Source: Candidatus Bathyarchaeota archaeon
Lineage (GTDB): Archaea; Thermoproteota; Bathyarchaeia; Bathyarchaeales; Bathycorpusculaceae
Direction: 5' to 3'
DNA: 64,000 bases
NCBI GenBank assembly: GCA_963806535.1
Contig: CAWDYC010000006.1
Location: 1 to 64,000 of the forward strand
Both the position numbers and the translations under genes were made by a program. Position 1 is the first letter of the stretch. Each line of letters opens with the position of its first letter. This document shows, in pieces, positions 19,118-30,137 of this stretch. The notes beneath the pieces are model-generated. The model saw only the letters and a program-made list of their open reading frames with translations, searched no databases and had not been told where the DNA came from.

Positions 19118-20434
19118 TTATGGCTCTTGTGTTTTTCGCATTGATGATTTTGCTCGGAGTACTGATCCTTGTAAATTAATCCTCGCGGGACAGACATAGC
19201 TGCAATGTCCACAGCCGTCGCATAGGTCTGCTTTGAGTTTTATGAGTTTTTTCGCGTTGTTTTTGTCAAATGCTTCTTTGATCAATATTGGGCTTAAATT
19301 ATGGCAGCATACAAGCATGCATTCGCCGCATCTTATGCACTCGACTGTTGTTACGGTTTCGAATTGCTTGGCTTTTGGAAGATGAGGCGTTTTCTTTTCC
19401 AAAGTTGGTTTGCGTAGTCCTATATTATCAAGTAATGGTGTAGTTAAATTCATTATTACAAGTGCAAGTATTGAACCTCCTAAAAAGTTCATGTATGTCT
19501 GAATAACTACAGTTAATACGCCTACACCTACTCCGAATATGGCTTGCCCAGTAAATGTCAATGGAGTAGTTGCGGGATCCGTTGCCATGAAAAACGCTAA
19601 GAAAATTGAGCTTCCGATAAACAATTCAAAACCTAATCTGAGAAGCGGATCCCCCCCATATGCAAACGTCATGAGAAGGGACATCAAAGTAACTGTTCCC
19701 AAATAGGCTGCGGTTACTCTCCATTTAATGTACTTACGACATAGAATGAATAATGCCACTCCAACCACAATAACGGCTAAGCTCGAAGCACCGCCCACCC
19801 AACCGTGAAATTTCTGAACAAAATAAGTATAGAAAACATCCGAAGCGGCTGGAGTCGATTGAACTGAGGAGTTACCAAGACAAGACTGTATCCAAAAAGC
19901 AAAAGACCCTGAACCAGAATATCCGATTCCACTAGTTAATGGAGGCAATCCTTGGCCGTTGAAGCTTGTTACAAGATGGTCTTTGGCAATCAAAATCACA
20001 TTCAAGAAGGGAATCAGAACCAAAAGCTTAGCCGTTGCCGCAGGATTCACATATTTTCTTCCAAGCAAGTTTTGACCCTTCTTTAAAACAATAATGCCTA
20101 AAGCCGTAATTCCAGCAACGAAGTAATATGCTTGAGGAGCCGTAAGCGGCAATATCTCTACTGTGTTTCGCGCAGGCAAACCTAAAGAATATGAAAGAGC
20201 TACAATCAACCCAAAAACAGCGGCAGACATCATGTTCACGGGTCCTTTAGCCTTCATCACCTTTGAAAGCAAATAATCTATAGCAACAGCAACCGCGACG
20301 GCAATAACCGAGATGATAATAGAAGTAGGCCAGTAAGAGATAGCAGAAACACCTGCAAGTATAACGAGCGCCCCAAATGTGTAAGTCATCAACTTATTTT
20401 TAGTCATCCACGAATATTCTTTTGGTTTCGACAT
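19118..20434 (-). CDS. RnfD/NqrB-family membrane protein fused to an RnfC-like 2x[4Fe-4S] domain
   Basis: RnfD motifs LGRKYVNPA, FFMATDPATTP and IMNLTTPLLD. C-terminal CIRCGECMLVC and CDGCGHCSYVCP. Confidence 0.85.
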   Translation of the reverse strand: MSKPKEYSWMTKNKLMTYTFGALVILAGVSAISYWPTSIIISVIAVAVAVAIDYLLSKVMKAKGPVNMMSAAVFGLIVALSYSLGLPARNTVEILPLTAPQAYYFVAGITALGIIVLKKGQNLLGRKYVNPAATAKLLVLIPFLNVILIAKDHLVTSFNGQGLPPLTSGIGYSGSGSFAFWIQSCLGNSSVQSTPAASDVFYTYFVQKFHGWVGGASSLAVIVVGVALFILCRKYIKWRVTAAYLGTVTLMSLLMTFAYGGDPLLRLGFELFIGSSIFLAFFMATDPATTPLTFTGQAIFGVGVGVLTVVIQTYMNFLGGSILALVIMNLTTPLLDNIGLRKPTLEKKTPHLPKAKQFETVTTVECIRCGECMLVCCHNLSPILIKEAFDKNNAKKLIKLKADLCDGCGHCSYVCPARINLQGSVLRAKSSMRKTQEP

Positions 20435-20667
20435 TCCCGCGCCGCTCCTTCTTAATGAAAATTAGTTTCTCCATAAGCCCTGATTAGTTAAATAAGATTT
20501 TCCTAATTATTCAAGTCAGTCATCGATTGGGTTCGATATCGAACAACGCGACGAAAATAACTTCAACACAGTTTGCAGATTTGAATGCTTTTAATAGATG
20601 AGAGAAATCTGCGGGAAAGAACAAGTATTAAATTTACCAATATCCACATACTTTGGCTGAATAAGAG

Positions 20668-22842
20668 ATGAGAAGATTGGCTTCGCGTTCATTCCTCAAC
20701 AAGTCTCGAACTATTTTGATATGCTTTTTAGTAATTGGTTCCTTAGCTGAGGTAGGCGCTTTCTACTATGTTCAAAACAACACTATCTATTCCTCGGCTG
20801 CTCCAGCTGTAAGCTCATTTCAGGTAGGTAACCTAACGGTTGACCCTTACGAAGCGCTGGTTAATCATCCAGTAAACGTTTCAGTAGGGGTAGTTAACTT
20901 AGCAAATTCTCAGGGAAGTTATTCTTTAAGCATTAAAATTAACGGTACAGTTGAAGAGACAAAAAAATTAACGTTTTTAGCAAATGAATCACAATTAGTC
21001 TCGTTTGCTGTAACCGAAACAAACGTGGGTGCGTATAATGTTACAGTAGGTGATCAGTTAGGATTGTTTACAGTTGTTACTACGCCTACTCCAATGCCCA
21101 CTGAACTTCAAATATCCAACATGCTTCTAAGTCCCACAGAAGGCTGGCCTTCACAACCAGTTAACGTTTCAGTTGACGTAATTAACACAGGAAACGAAAC
21201 AATCAGTTATTCATTACCCGTCTCAGTGAATGGCCAAGTTGACCAACACGTTCAAGTGGACTTGGCAGCAGGAGCTTCGACAACCATAAATGCAACAATA
21301 ACTGAGGACAGTATTGGAAATTATCAAGTAACTGTCGGGGGTAAAACTGGGCATCTTACCATTGTCCCAACAGGTCAACACACTTTGCACGTAATCATAA
21401 ATCAAGATGGAGTGCCCTTTACTTTGGACGGCGCACCTCATAATAGTCCCTACACGTCTCTGGTTACTGCTGGACCACATACAATTGTTCTTCCGCCAAA
21501 TACACTTGTTATAAAGGGCGGATGGGGTGAAATAAATTATGCGTTCACAGGCTGGAATGACGGCTCTACAAGTCTCAGCAAAACAATAGATGTAGAAAGT
21601 GTAACTTATGTAACCGCAAATTATGTTAGAACACAGAATTCCTGTCCTGTGCTGTCGGCGTGGAATGGAATAAACTATAATTACGTTGCAGATGTCAATG
21701 ATGGAACAGGCTGGCTAGGGTTCTTAGAGTACTTTAAGCCAGATGGCTCTATGGTTTTCTCCTACAACTATCCGTTTGATTACATAAAATTAGATTCAAC
21801 TCAACTTCAACCGCTCAATGGAGTCTATAATTTACAAATTAGCGAACCCCAAGACGAAATATTTTACATGGACTCAGTTAAACTTCTTGCAGTTGATCAC
21901 CCAGCCAATACTGATGTTTTTTCAACAAAAAGCACATTTGTCTATAATCTCACAGATCAAGGAACGATCTATACAGTAAGCAAGAACGCGGCAACTCCAG
22001 TGTCAGCAGTAGATGGGAAAGGACAAAATGTTCTGCCCATAATCTCCAACTTAGATAATAATTTCACAACAGCCACAAGATGGACCTGGAATAACATTAC
22101 GCTTAACCTTGGCGACTTAACAAATGCAAAGCAAATCAATCTTGTAGTTGGCGCCAAAATTGTGTGGCCAAGCACTTCGTCTGGAGGCTCGAACTTTATG
22201 AGTTACGCTAATAAACCGGGAGTAATGCCTTCACCGCCACCATACATGGAAGTTAAAGCTGAAAACGGAAGCTGGATTCCTGTTCCTTCAGACAGAGAAT
22301 TTCCAATACCTGCAACAACAGACCAAGTTTTTGTGGTCAACTTAACAGGTCTGTTTCCAACCAACAATTACGAATTAAGAATAAACTACTATCAAGACGT
22401 TGAGTTCGATTATATAGGGGTAGACACGACAGCCCAGCAAAACACAATTGTTCACACTCTATCCCCCTCAAACGCTGATCTCCAACTGGCATTCAGCACA
22501 AACTCAACTGCCACTGGGGCCTTCACAAGATACGGCGATGTAACCTCACTGCTGCATTCAACCGACAATCAATTTGTTATAGGACGCCAAGGAGACCAAG
22601 TTTCTCTACAGTTCCAAGCAAACTTACCTCCAGTTCCAAAAGGCATGGTCCGAGACTACTTTGTGGTAACAAACTGTTGGTTCAAAGGCTTGGGCTTACC
22701 ATACGTGCCATTCACCGTTGATCCGCTTCCATTCCAATCAATGACCAGCTTCCCCTATCTCCAGACAGAAAGCTATCCCACCGATGCAATTCACCAAGCA
22801 TACATCAAAACCTACAATACAAGAATAATCAATTCACCATAG
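20668..22842 (+). CDS. Membrane-anchored surface protein with two CARDB/Ig-like domains and a large C-terminal domain
   Basis: N-terminal TM helix, two repeats of VNVSV-x-V-x-N...SIKING/VSVNG, then SCPVLSAWNG...YNTR domain of the type found after ASPIC/UnbV-CRTAC1 domains. Confidence 0.7.
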   Translation: MRRLASRSFLNKSRTILICFLVIGSLAEVGAFYYVQNNTIYSSAAPAVSSFQVGNLTVDPYEALVNHPVNVSVGVVNLANSQGSYSLSIKINGTVEETKKLTFLANESQLVSFAVTETNVGAYNVTVGDQLGLFTVVTTPTPMPTELQISNMLLSPTEGWPSQPVNVSVDVINTGNETISYSLPVSVNGQVDQHVQVDLAAGASTTINATITEDSIGNYQVTVGGKTGHLTIVPTGQHTLHVIINQDGVPFTLDGAPHNSPYTSLVTAGPHTIVLPPNTLVIKGGWGEINYAFTGWNDGSTSLSKTIDVESVTYVTANYVRTQNSCPVLSAWNGINYNYVADVNDGTGWLGFLEYFKPDGSMVFSYNYPFDYIKLDSTQLQPLNGVYNLQISEPQDEIFYMDSVKLLAVDHPANTDVFSTKSTFVYNLTDQGTIYTVSKNAATPVSAVDGKGQNVLPIISNLDNNFTTATRWTWNNITLNLGDLTNAKQINLVVGAKIVWPSTSSGGSNFMSYANKPGVMPSPPPYMEVKAENGSWIPVPSDREFPIPATTDQVFVVNLTGLFPTNNYELRINYYQDVEFDYIGVDTTAQQNTIVHTLSPSNADLQLAFSTNSTATGAFTRYGDVTSLLHSTDNQFVIGRQGDQVSLQFQANLPPVPKGMVRDYFVVTNCWFKGLGLPYVPFTVDPLPFQSMTSFPYLQTESYPTDAIHQAYIKTYNTRIINSP

Positions 22843-23127
22843 GAATCAAAATTCCAAATCTCTTTATTATTTTTCTATTATTTTCCGTTATTTTGAAATC
22901 AGTTGAAGAATAAAATATTTATTAAATAAAAACTAGAAAGGGAGAAGCATGAGCAAACTTGCTTAAAATTTCTAAGAAGTCTGTGTTTTGCTCTGCTTTG
23001 CTTTTTTTGCTTTTCTTTTCTCGTCTCTTTCTTTCTTAGTTAACGGTTTTTCTTTTTTGGGCATTATTATTCTCCGCTCTTTATTGTAGATAGCAAGCCT
23101 TTAATAACTTTCGAAAAAACAAGCAAG

Positions 23128-23469
23128 TTAACTGTATTCTCTGAAGGTATGCCCACATTTTGTGCAGCGCATAAACTGAGTTGAAGCCTCGTCTCCACCT
23201 CTTGTCTGCACTTGCCAAACATAAACTGTTGTGTTGTCGCATTTTTCACATTTCATGTGGATAGTTGGTAAAGTTTTTACTTTTTGGTCTTCCTCGCTAA
23301 TGATAGTCATGAATGGCTGAGATTTAGGTTGGATAACTCTTACTACTCTGGCTTGCGATCTGTTACTTTCGGCCTGTTTAACGTAACTGCATTTTGTGCA
23401 TGCAAGCACTACGCCGTCTTGACTTTTTTTAGGTTCAAGCCGACAGCCGCAGTCTGGACAAAACTCCAT
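23128..23469 (-). CDS. tfs: Transcription factor S (TFS/RpoM)
   Basis: MEFCPDCG...CEKC...QTRGGDEASTQFMRCTKCGHTFREY. Confidence 0.95.
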   Translation of the reverse strand: MEFCPDCGCRLEPKKSQDGVVLACTKCSYVKQAESNRSQARVVRVIQPKSQPFMTIISEEDQKVKTLPTIHMKCEKCDNTTVYVWQVQTRGGDEASTQFMRCTKCGHTFREYS

Positions 23470-23634
23470 ATTTTAGAGAACTCCCTTCCGTATAATTATC
23501 TTTCAAACTAAATGGAATTATGGATATAAGCATTGTTTATAAAAAATAAATAAATTCGGGTAACAACAATGGTTCTGAATTTATTAAGAGCACAAATTAA
23601 ATACATGATGAAATCTTTAAGCAAGCGATGAAAA

Positions 23635-24285
23635 ATGGAGAAAGAAGGCAAACCCACCAGCGAATGGCAAACAATTGACCATGCTCTCGCGTATCTAGCA
23701 AGAGCAGACAAACTTCCTCACAGAACAGAAGGAGAAAGAGCATTATTGGAACAAATTCCAACGCATACTCGGCGAGTACTTGATTTAGGAACAGGAGACG
23801 GACGGCTACTGGCGCTAGTTCAACTTGAGAGGCCAGAAGCTGAAGGTGTTGCTTTAGATTTCTCAGAACCCATGCTTGAACAAGCCCAGAAGCGTTTCTC
23901 CCAAAACAAACAAGTGACCATAATAAAACATGATTTTAGTTCTCCACTGCCCCAGGAGCGACTTGGAAATTTTGACGCAATAGTGTCAAGTTTAGCAATT
24001 CACCATTTAACTCATCCAAGAAAAAAACAGTTATACAAAGAAGTATTCAAATTGTTAAATTCAAAAGGGGTATTCTGCAATTTAGAACACGTCTCTTCAT
24101 CAACACAAAACCTTCATCTTAAATTTCTAACAGCAACAGGTTTTACTCCCGAAACCGAAGATCCATCAAACAAACTCTTAGACGTCGAAACACAACTTAA
24201 GTGGCTAAAGCAAATAGGTTTCACCGATGTAGACTGCTATTGGAAATGGCTGGAAATAGCGCTTTTGGTAGGATTCAAACCCTAA
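23635..24285 (+). CDS. Class I SAM-dependent methyltransferase
   Basis: VLDLGTGDG and [13 protein letters not shown]. Confidence 0.9.
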   Translation: MEKEGKPTSEWQTIDHALAYLARADKLPHRTEGERALLEQIPTHTRRVLDLGTGDGRLLALVQLERPEAEGVALDFSEPMLEQAQKRFSQNKQVTIIKHDFSSPLPQERLGNFDAIVSSLAIHHLTHPRKKQLYKEVFKLLNSKGVFCNLEHVSSSTQNLHLKFLTATGFTPETEDPSNKLLDVETQLKWLKQIGFTDVDCYWKWLEIALLVGFKP

Positions 24286-24624
24286 AACCTTGCCTTTTTC
24301 GGAACTGTAAAGTTCTTTGTGCATATCTTCTAAAATCTTTTTTTGTAAAGTTTCGAGGCATACTTCTTAAGACAGCCACAGGGTTGTTCGGGCATTTAGC
24401 ATCGAACAAAAGGTTCTGTGCAACTTACTGCTGTCAGCCACTTTTCATGGGAGACTGTGAAAAAGTGACTGTTGCAGTCGAATAGAGCCATAATTAGAAC
24501 CTTGTTTTCTTGCTGGATAACTCAAAATCAATCAACCTCAAAAGAAAAAACAAGTAAAAGAGTTCAGTGGACAGATTTTAAATACTTAAAACAATCAGAC
24601 AACAAAACGTAAAGAGTTGAGAAT

Positions 24625-25443
24625 ATGACTGTTGATGAAAGGCTTGCGCTGATTCAGTTCAAAATTGAACGTGCTAATGAGCACATCATTAACCTCAACA
24701 TTGCAATCAAAGATTTCTTCGATTCTAAACCCTATCAAGTTAGCACCAAGCGCGATGCGAACCGTAGATTGATTTATTATGTATCAAGTGTGAAACCTGC
24801 TCCAATTTGTTTGGCTATAATTGCAGGAGACGCTATTCAAAATCTCAGGAGTGCTCTCGACCACTTAGCATGGCAATTATTCCTCGTTGGACCACAACGA
24901 ACGACTACGAATCGACAAATTCAGAGGCAAGTTAGTTTTCCGATTGGAAGTGATGTTTTAGGATTCAACTCTCAACTTGGAAGATTTAGAAGTATCTTCA
25001 AGCAGGATGCTATAACAACTCTGAATATCATTCAACCCTATAAATTAGGAAAAGGACATAAGATTTGGATGCTTAATGAACTTAATAATATTGACAAGCA
25101 CAGATTTCTCGTCACTGTTGCCTCCATTTTGCAAAGCACAAATATTGGAGCTTACATGTGCGCTCAGATGAACGCTACTGGAGCGTCTCAGATTCTAGGT
25201 TTTCCTGTTCCTAAATTGGACGCTTATTTTAAAACCAGTAGTAACCATTTTCCTTTGAAAGAGGGTGACGAATTATTCACAGATGCCGTAGATGCTCAAG
25301 TGAATAAGTGGTTGGATTTTCGTTTCAACATTGCGCTCAACGAGGTGGGGGTTATTGATGGCGAGAATTTGCTTAATGCGTTAAGTGATTTTTCTGACAT
25401 TGTTAACAAAACTGTTTTGCTTTTCAAGTCTTGCCTAACATAA
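24625..25443 (+). CDS. Hypothetical helical protein, possibly HEPN-like
   Basis: Motifs KIERANEHI, NLRSALDHLAWQL and LNELNNIDKHR. Confidence 0.5.
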   Translation: MTVDERLALIQFKIERANEHIINLNIAIKDFFDSKPYQVSTKRDANRRLIYYVSSVKPAPICLAIIAGDAIQNLRSALDHLAWQLFLVGPQRTTTNRQIQRQVSFPIGSDVLGFNSQLGRFRSIFKQDAITTLNIIQPYKLGKGHKIWMLNELNNIDKHRFLVTVASILQSTNIGAYMCAQMNATGASQILGFPVPKLDAYFKTSSNHFPLKEGDELFTDAVDAQVNKWLDFRFNIALNEVGVIDGENLLNALSDFSDIVNKTVLLFKSCLT

Positions 25444-25595
25444 TTTAATTTTGAAATTTAGGTCATGCCTCGAAAGTTTACATGGAGAGTCAAGCCTTAA
25501 GAACTTTACATAACCCTTTTTTCTAGCGCTTAATTGTCTATATAGAAAATGTTAATAACTACTGCAACAACGATTTATGTAGAGGATTTTATTAA

Positions 25596-26132
25596 ATGAC
25601 AAGTAGCAGTAATAGTGCACAAACTAGTGGACAACTTGATTTTTCCCTTTGGCTAATACGCTTAATCGCTTACTTCATTGACGGCCTAATAATATTTGTG
25701 GTTACAGTCATAATAGGTGCTATAATAGCAGTCGCAGCGCTTGCAACCGGAAACTTTCTCTTATACGGTGGAATCTGGGTAACCTTTGGAATTTTCGGAT
25801 TGCTTTCAATACTGTATTTCATCATCTTAGATGTAGTTTGGGGCGCAACAATAGGCAAAAGACTCATGGGATTAAGAGTTCAAACAAGAAGCGGCAATAG
25901 AGTAACTTTTGGTCAATCAATCATCCGCAATATCAGCAAAATTTTTTGGCTATTTCTCTTGCTTGACTGGCTAATAGCAATCTTAACAAACGGACCCGAC
26001 AAACGACAAAAATTAACTGATCGATGGGCAACAACTACAGTAGTTCAGACAGGGAAGGCACCGATAAATTTTAGTGAACCGACCTCCGCTCCTCCGCCAT
26101 CACCTCCACCACCACCTCCGCCAACAACTTAA
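25596..26132 (+). CDS. RDD-family membrane protein
   Basis: RLIAYFIDG, GATIGKRLMGLRV and RQKLTDRWATT, with a Pro-rich tail. Confidence 0.9.
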   Translation: MTSSSNSAQTSGQLDFSLWLIRLIAYFIDGLIIFVVTVIIGAIIAVAALATGNFLLYGGIWVTFGIFGLLSILYFIILDVVWGATIGKRLMGLRVQTRSGNRVTFGQSIIRNISKIFWLFLLLDWLIAILTNGPDKRQKLTDRWATTTVVQTGKAPINFSEPTSAPPPSPPPPPPPTT

Positions 26133-26207
26133 AACAAATTAAAAACCCTTTTTTTCTTTTTTATTAGTTAAATTTGAATTTTCATTCGTTGCTAAAAAGA
26201 GTTTTTA

Positions 26208-26534
26208 CTAATTTAAGTTTTTAAGCCACGCGTCAAGCTGTTTTTCATTTAACCCTCTGCCAAACTTTCCATCAAGTCGTTTGGTGACCTTGCTTTTCTT
26301 AAATAAAATAACAGTTGGCACAGCCTCAATATCGTAATCATCCCATAATTGGTTATCATAATCATCTAAGAGAACGTAGATTACGTTTCCAAAATCAAAG
26401 TTTACTATTTTCTTATTAAAGATCGGAACAAAACTTCTACAATATGGACACCAGTTTGCATAAAACAAAACAAGAACTTTTTCGTTTTTCTCTAATATTG
26501 AATTTAACTCTTCTGCAGAATCAATTTCTATCAT
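26208..26534 (-). CDS. Thioredoxin
   Basis: FYANWCPYC and VPTVILF. Confidence 0.9.
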   Translation of the reverse strand: MIEIDSAEELNSILEKNEKVLVLFYANWCPYCRSFVPIFNKKIVNFDFGNVIYVLLDDYDNQLWDDYDIEAVPTVILFKKSKVTKRLDGKFGRGLNEKQLDAWLKNLN

Positions 26535-26655
26535 AGTTCTCTTGTTAAATCAGTTTTTGCGCTTTCATAAACATGCCGATTTTACTTTATTTCTTTGGAG
26601 ATCCTTATGCTAAAGCTAAATACTGTACATTGGTACTTTCAACTTAGGAAATAAA

Positions 26656-27378
26656 ATGTCGCCGAAATCTTACAAACGTGGATATCCTGTAGCCGTTCTC
26701 ATAGGAATAGAACAAAATCACGCTGCCTTATGGCAAATTTTCAGCCAAGTGGCAAAACACCAACAAAATATAGATTTAAACGGCGACAGAAATGACCCAA
26801 AAGCACAATACAATTTTCACGAATCTATCATAAACGCGATACGACCAATTTTGAAGGAAGGGATAAGAACCATAATAATCGCTTCTCCCCCAAGATCCGA
26901 TTTTGCGCAACAATTCCTAAACCATATCAAAGGACACCATAATTGGCTTCTTCAAGGACCCAACAAAGCGGTTTTCTCACCCATAACAGGTTCAGCAAGT
27001 ACTCCGCAACAAGTGGCAGTGCTAACTCAAACCTCCACCTTCAAACAATTAATTAATTCTTCAACTGCTGAAGAAACAGAAAACTTACTTGAAATCCTTG
27101 AAAAACGATTGAATGCAACCGACAATCTCGTGTTTTTTTCGCTTCAAGAAGCCGAACACCAAATTTTGGACGTTCAACAAGAATCAAAACCTAAGTCGGA
27201 ATTTCTCATGCTTACAGATGAATATCTTTCACAAAGTCGGCAAAAATATCGAGTTCAAAGACTAATGCAGATTGCGGCGAACAAAGGAGTAAAAACACGC
27301 GTAATAAACTCTGAATCAAAAGCAGGTATACGTCTAACGCAGCTTGGCGGCCTTGTATGTTTAGCAAAACAAAACTAG
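26656..27378 (+). CDS. Pelota/eRF1 domain 2-3-like protein
   Basis: IIIASP, LMLTDEYL and INSESKAGIRLTQLGGLVCL resemble the pelota C-terminal domains. Confidence 0.65.
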   Translation: MSPKSYKRGYPVAVLIGIEQNHAALWQIFSQVAKHQQNIDLNGDRNDPKAQYNFHESIINAIRPILKEGIRTIIIASPPRSDFAQQFLNHIKGHHNWLLQGPNKAVFSPITGSASTPQQVAVLTQTSTFKQLINSSTAEETENLLEILEKRLNATDNLVFFSLQEAEHQILDVQQESKPKSEFLMLTDEYLSQSRQKYRVQRLMQIAANKGVKTRVINSESKAGIRLTQLGGLVCLAKQN

Positions 27379-28104
27379 AGCAACTGTGCCCTCTTTAATT
27401 CTTCAATTGAAACTTTTCCCGAATGCAAAGCAGTTGCAACCAACGCACCCGAAACTCCCAAATTTTTCAACTCGATCAAGTCATTAATATCTCTAACCCC
27501 GCCACCAACATAAACATCCATGTTTTCTTTAAGAGCCATCTTTAGAAAATCCACTCTAACTCCTTCATTGCTTCCAACACGATTCAAATCTAAAATAATT
27601 ACTCTTAAAACACCCATTTCACGAAACTCGCGAAGAAGAAAAACGGGGTCTTTGCAGCTGACAAACTCTGATCTAACAAGCATTTCATCGCCTTTAAAAT
27701 CCATGCTAACCACGACTTTTTTGCTTCCCAAAACCTTTACTGCGTGACCAACAAAGCTTTTGGTCCGTAAGGTTTCTGTTCCAATAACAACAATAGAAAT
27801 CCCTGCTGTAAGAAGTTGATTTGCCATTTCAAGGTCACTTACCCCAGCATCAACCATGAGATTAAGGCCTGTTTCATCTACGATATGTTTGAACATTTGA
27901 AAATTTGCTTTGGCCTTCATGATTGCATCTAAATCTGCAACGTAGAGTTCGCTAAACCCCAGTTTCTTGAACGTTTTTGCAACATTTCAACGGCTCTACC
28001 GAATTAGTTAGGGTACTTTCGAGAGGCTGATACTCTCGCCTTTTTCCTTTAACTGCATGCACCACTAAGCCATTTAGAATATCAATTACTGGAATAACTT
28101 TCAA
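27375..28104 (-). CDS. HisA/HisF-related TIM-barrel protein linked to the C1-cofactor cluster (frameshift near 27985)
   Basis: MKVIPVIDILNGLVVHAVKGKRREYQP, ELYVADLDAI and VGGGVR. Divergent from mfnB. Confidence 0.85.
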
Positions 28105-28212
28105 GTTCTCAACCTTACTCGTGAATTGACTCTCAACGAATAGAAAAACCTAACCATCAGTAATAGCAAAAGTTTTAAAGGCGTCATCAATGCGCATGTT
28201 TATGATGCCCAG

Positions 28213-28954
28213 TTGAAGCTACTCATAAGTCCCATGAATGAAAAAGAAGCCTCTGAAGCCATTGCTGGGGGCGCAGACATAATTGACGTTAAAAACCCGC
28301 AGGAGGGTCCGTTAGGCGCCAATTTTCCCTGGGTGATTAAGCGAATAAGAGAAATAACGCCAAAAAACATTCAGGTCAGCTGCACAATCGGCGAAGTTCC
28401 GAACCTGCCTGGCTCCATCTCATTAGCCGCGTTAGGTGCAGCTTCACTTGGGCGTTGATTACATTAAAGTGGGACTTTCCGGATTAAAAACAGCCCAAGA
28501 AGCCATTTGTTTTCTGCAAAATGTCAACAGGGCAGCCAAAGAATGCAATCCTAACATTAAATTGGTGGCTGCTGGCTACGCTGATGCAGAAAGAGCTTGC
28601 ACTTTAGACCCAATGCTTATTCCTGAAATCGCAAGCAAGGCAGGTGTTGATGTTGCAATGCTTGACACGGCTGTTAAAGACGACAAAAATTTATTCAGTT
28701 TCTTAACTTCCCAGCAACTTGCGAAATTCGTGAATTGCTCGCACAAGTTTGGATTAGAGGCTGCTTTGGCGGGTTCATTAAGAAAGCAGGATTTACCTTT
28801 AGTTTACAGTTTAGGTGCTGACATTGCAGGTGCGCGTGGAGCTGCATGCACAAACAATGACAGGGTCAAAGGTCAAATTACTGAAAAACAAGTTCGTGAA
28901 CTGGTTGAAACGCTCAAACAGGCAAAACAGGAAGCCAATAAGTTGAGGGTTTAG
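28213..28954 (+). CDS. mfnB: (5-formylfuran-3-yl)methyl phosphate synthase (frameshift near 28450)
   Basis: MKLLISP...[37 protein letters not shown] and ALAGSL. Confidence 0.93.
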
Positions 28955-28957
28955 CTA

Positions 28958-30124
28958 TTGCAACCTAAGGGTTTAAACCGAAAAACTGTGCTGGCCGAGC
29001 TAAAAAGAATTCGACGACAAGACAAGCGCTACGAAGACGGCAAAATTTTGTGTTCTATGTGCACAAAACCTCATTCTATTGCAAGAAAAGCATATCAACT
29101 CTATTTAGACTCAAATCTGGGTGATCCCGGTCTTTTTCCGGGAAGCGTTCAGACTTGAAAAAGAAGTCATAAATCAATTAGCAACGCTTTTGCATGGCAA
29201 AAACTGCGTTGGCTCTATTGTTTCAGGCGGAACCGAAGCGAATTTGCTTGCGTTGTTAGCTGCACGAAATAAGGCAGGTGCCAATCAACCCGAAGTTGTA
29301 TTGCCCGAATCTGCCCATTTTTCCTTCACTAAAATTTGCAGCATGTTGAATGTGAAACCAGTTTACGCAGACTTAGACGGCTCGTTTAAGGTTGTTTTGT
29401 CTTCGGTTGAAAAATGTGTCAATAAAAATACTGTTGCTATAGTTGGCACAGCTGGCACAGCTGAACTGGGCACTGTTGACCCCGTCGAAGAGTTATCGAA
29501 GATTGCTTTGGAGCATAATGTTTGGTTGCATGTTGACGCTGCTTTCGGCGGTTTGGTAATTCCTTTCCTGAAAGGTTCGAAATCCCAGTTCGATTTCAGC
29601 CTCGAAGGGGTAAAATCCATAACTGTTGATCCTCACAAGATGGGTATGGCTGCAATTCCTGCCGGAGGAATCATTTTCAAAGATGCCGAGGCGCTGGATT
29701 TCATTAAAACTGAAACGCCCTACTTGACTGACCAATTTCAATACACATTTGTGGGAACAAGAACAGGTGGCTTCTGCAGCTTCGGCTTGGGCAGTTTTCA
29801 AGAATCTTGGCATGGACGGGTTCAAAAAAATCGTGTCCAACTGCATGAAAACAACACTACGTGTTAGCTGACGGCCTCAAAGACGCAGGTTTTAGCCTCG
29901 TTGTAGAGCCAACGCTAAATATGGTTGCTTTTCGAAGTACAGATGGCACAAGACAATTGGCAGAAAAACTTTGGCTACAAGGCTGGTTTGTATCGTATGT
30001 TCCACGTTATGACTGCATTCGAGTTGTTGTAATGCCACATGTAAAGAAGAAACATGTTTTGGCTTTTTTGAAAGATTTAACCCAAATCAAAGATGCCTTA
30101 AGCGTGAAGAAGAAACAACCATGA
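28958..30124 (+). CDS. mfnA: L-tyrosine decarboxylase (two frameshifts)
   Basis: ILCSMCTKPH, NLGDPGLFPG, SGGTEAN, HVDAAFGG and ITVDPHKMG (PLP lysine). Confidence 0.93.
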
Positions 30125-30137
30125 AGGCGCTTTTATC

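Noticed and set aside
23513-23546. dif-like site TATGGATATAA-GCATTG-TTTATAAAAAA
   Set aside because: Spacer and right arm do not fit. Better explained as back-to-back TATA boxes of tfs and the methyltransferase gene.
24435-24471. Group II intron domain V
   Set aside because: It has AGC and a GNRA loop, but stem length, bulge and closing pairs do not fit, and there is no RT ORF or domain VI.
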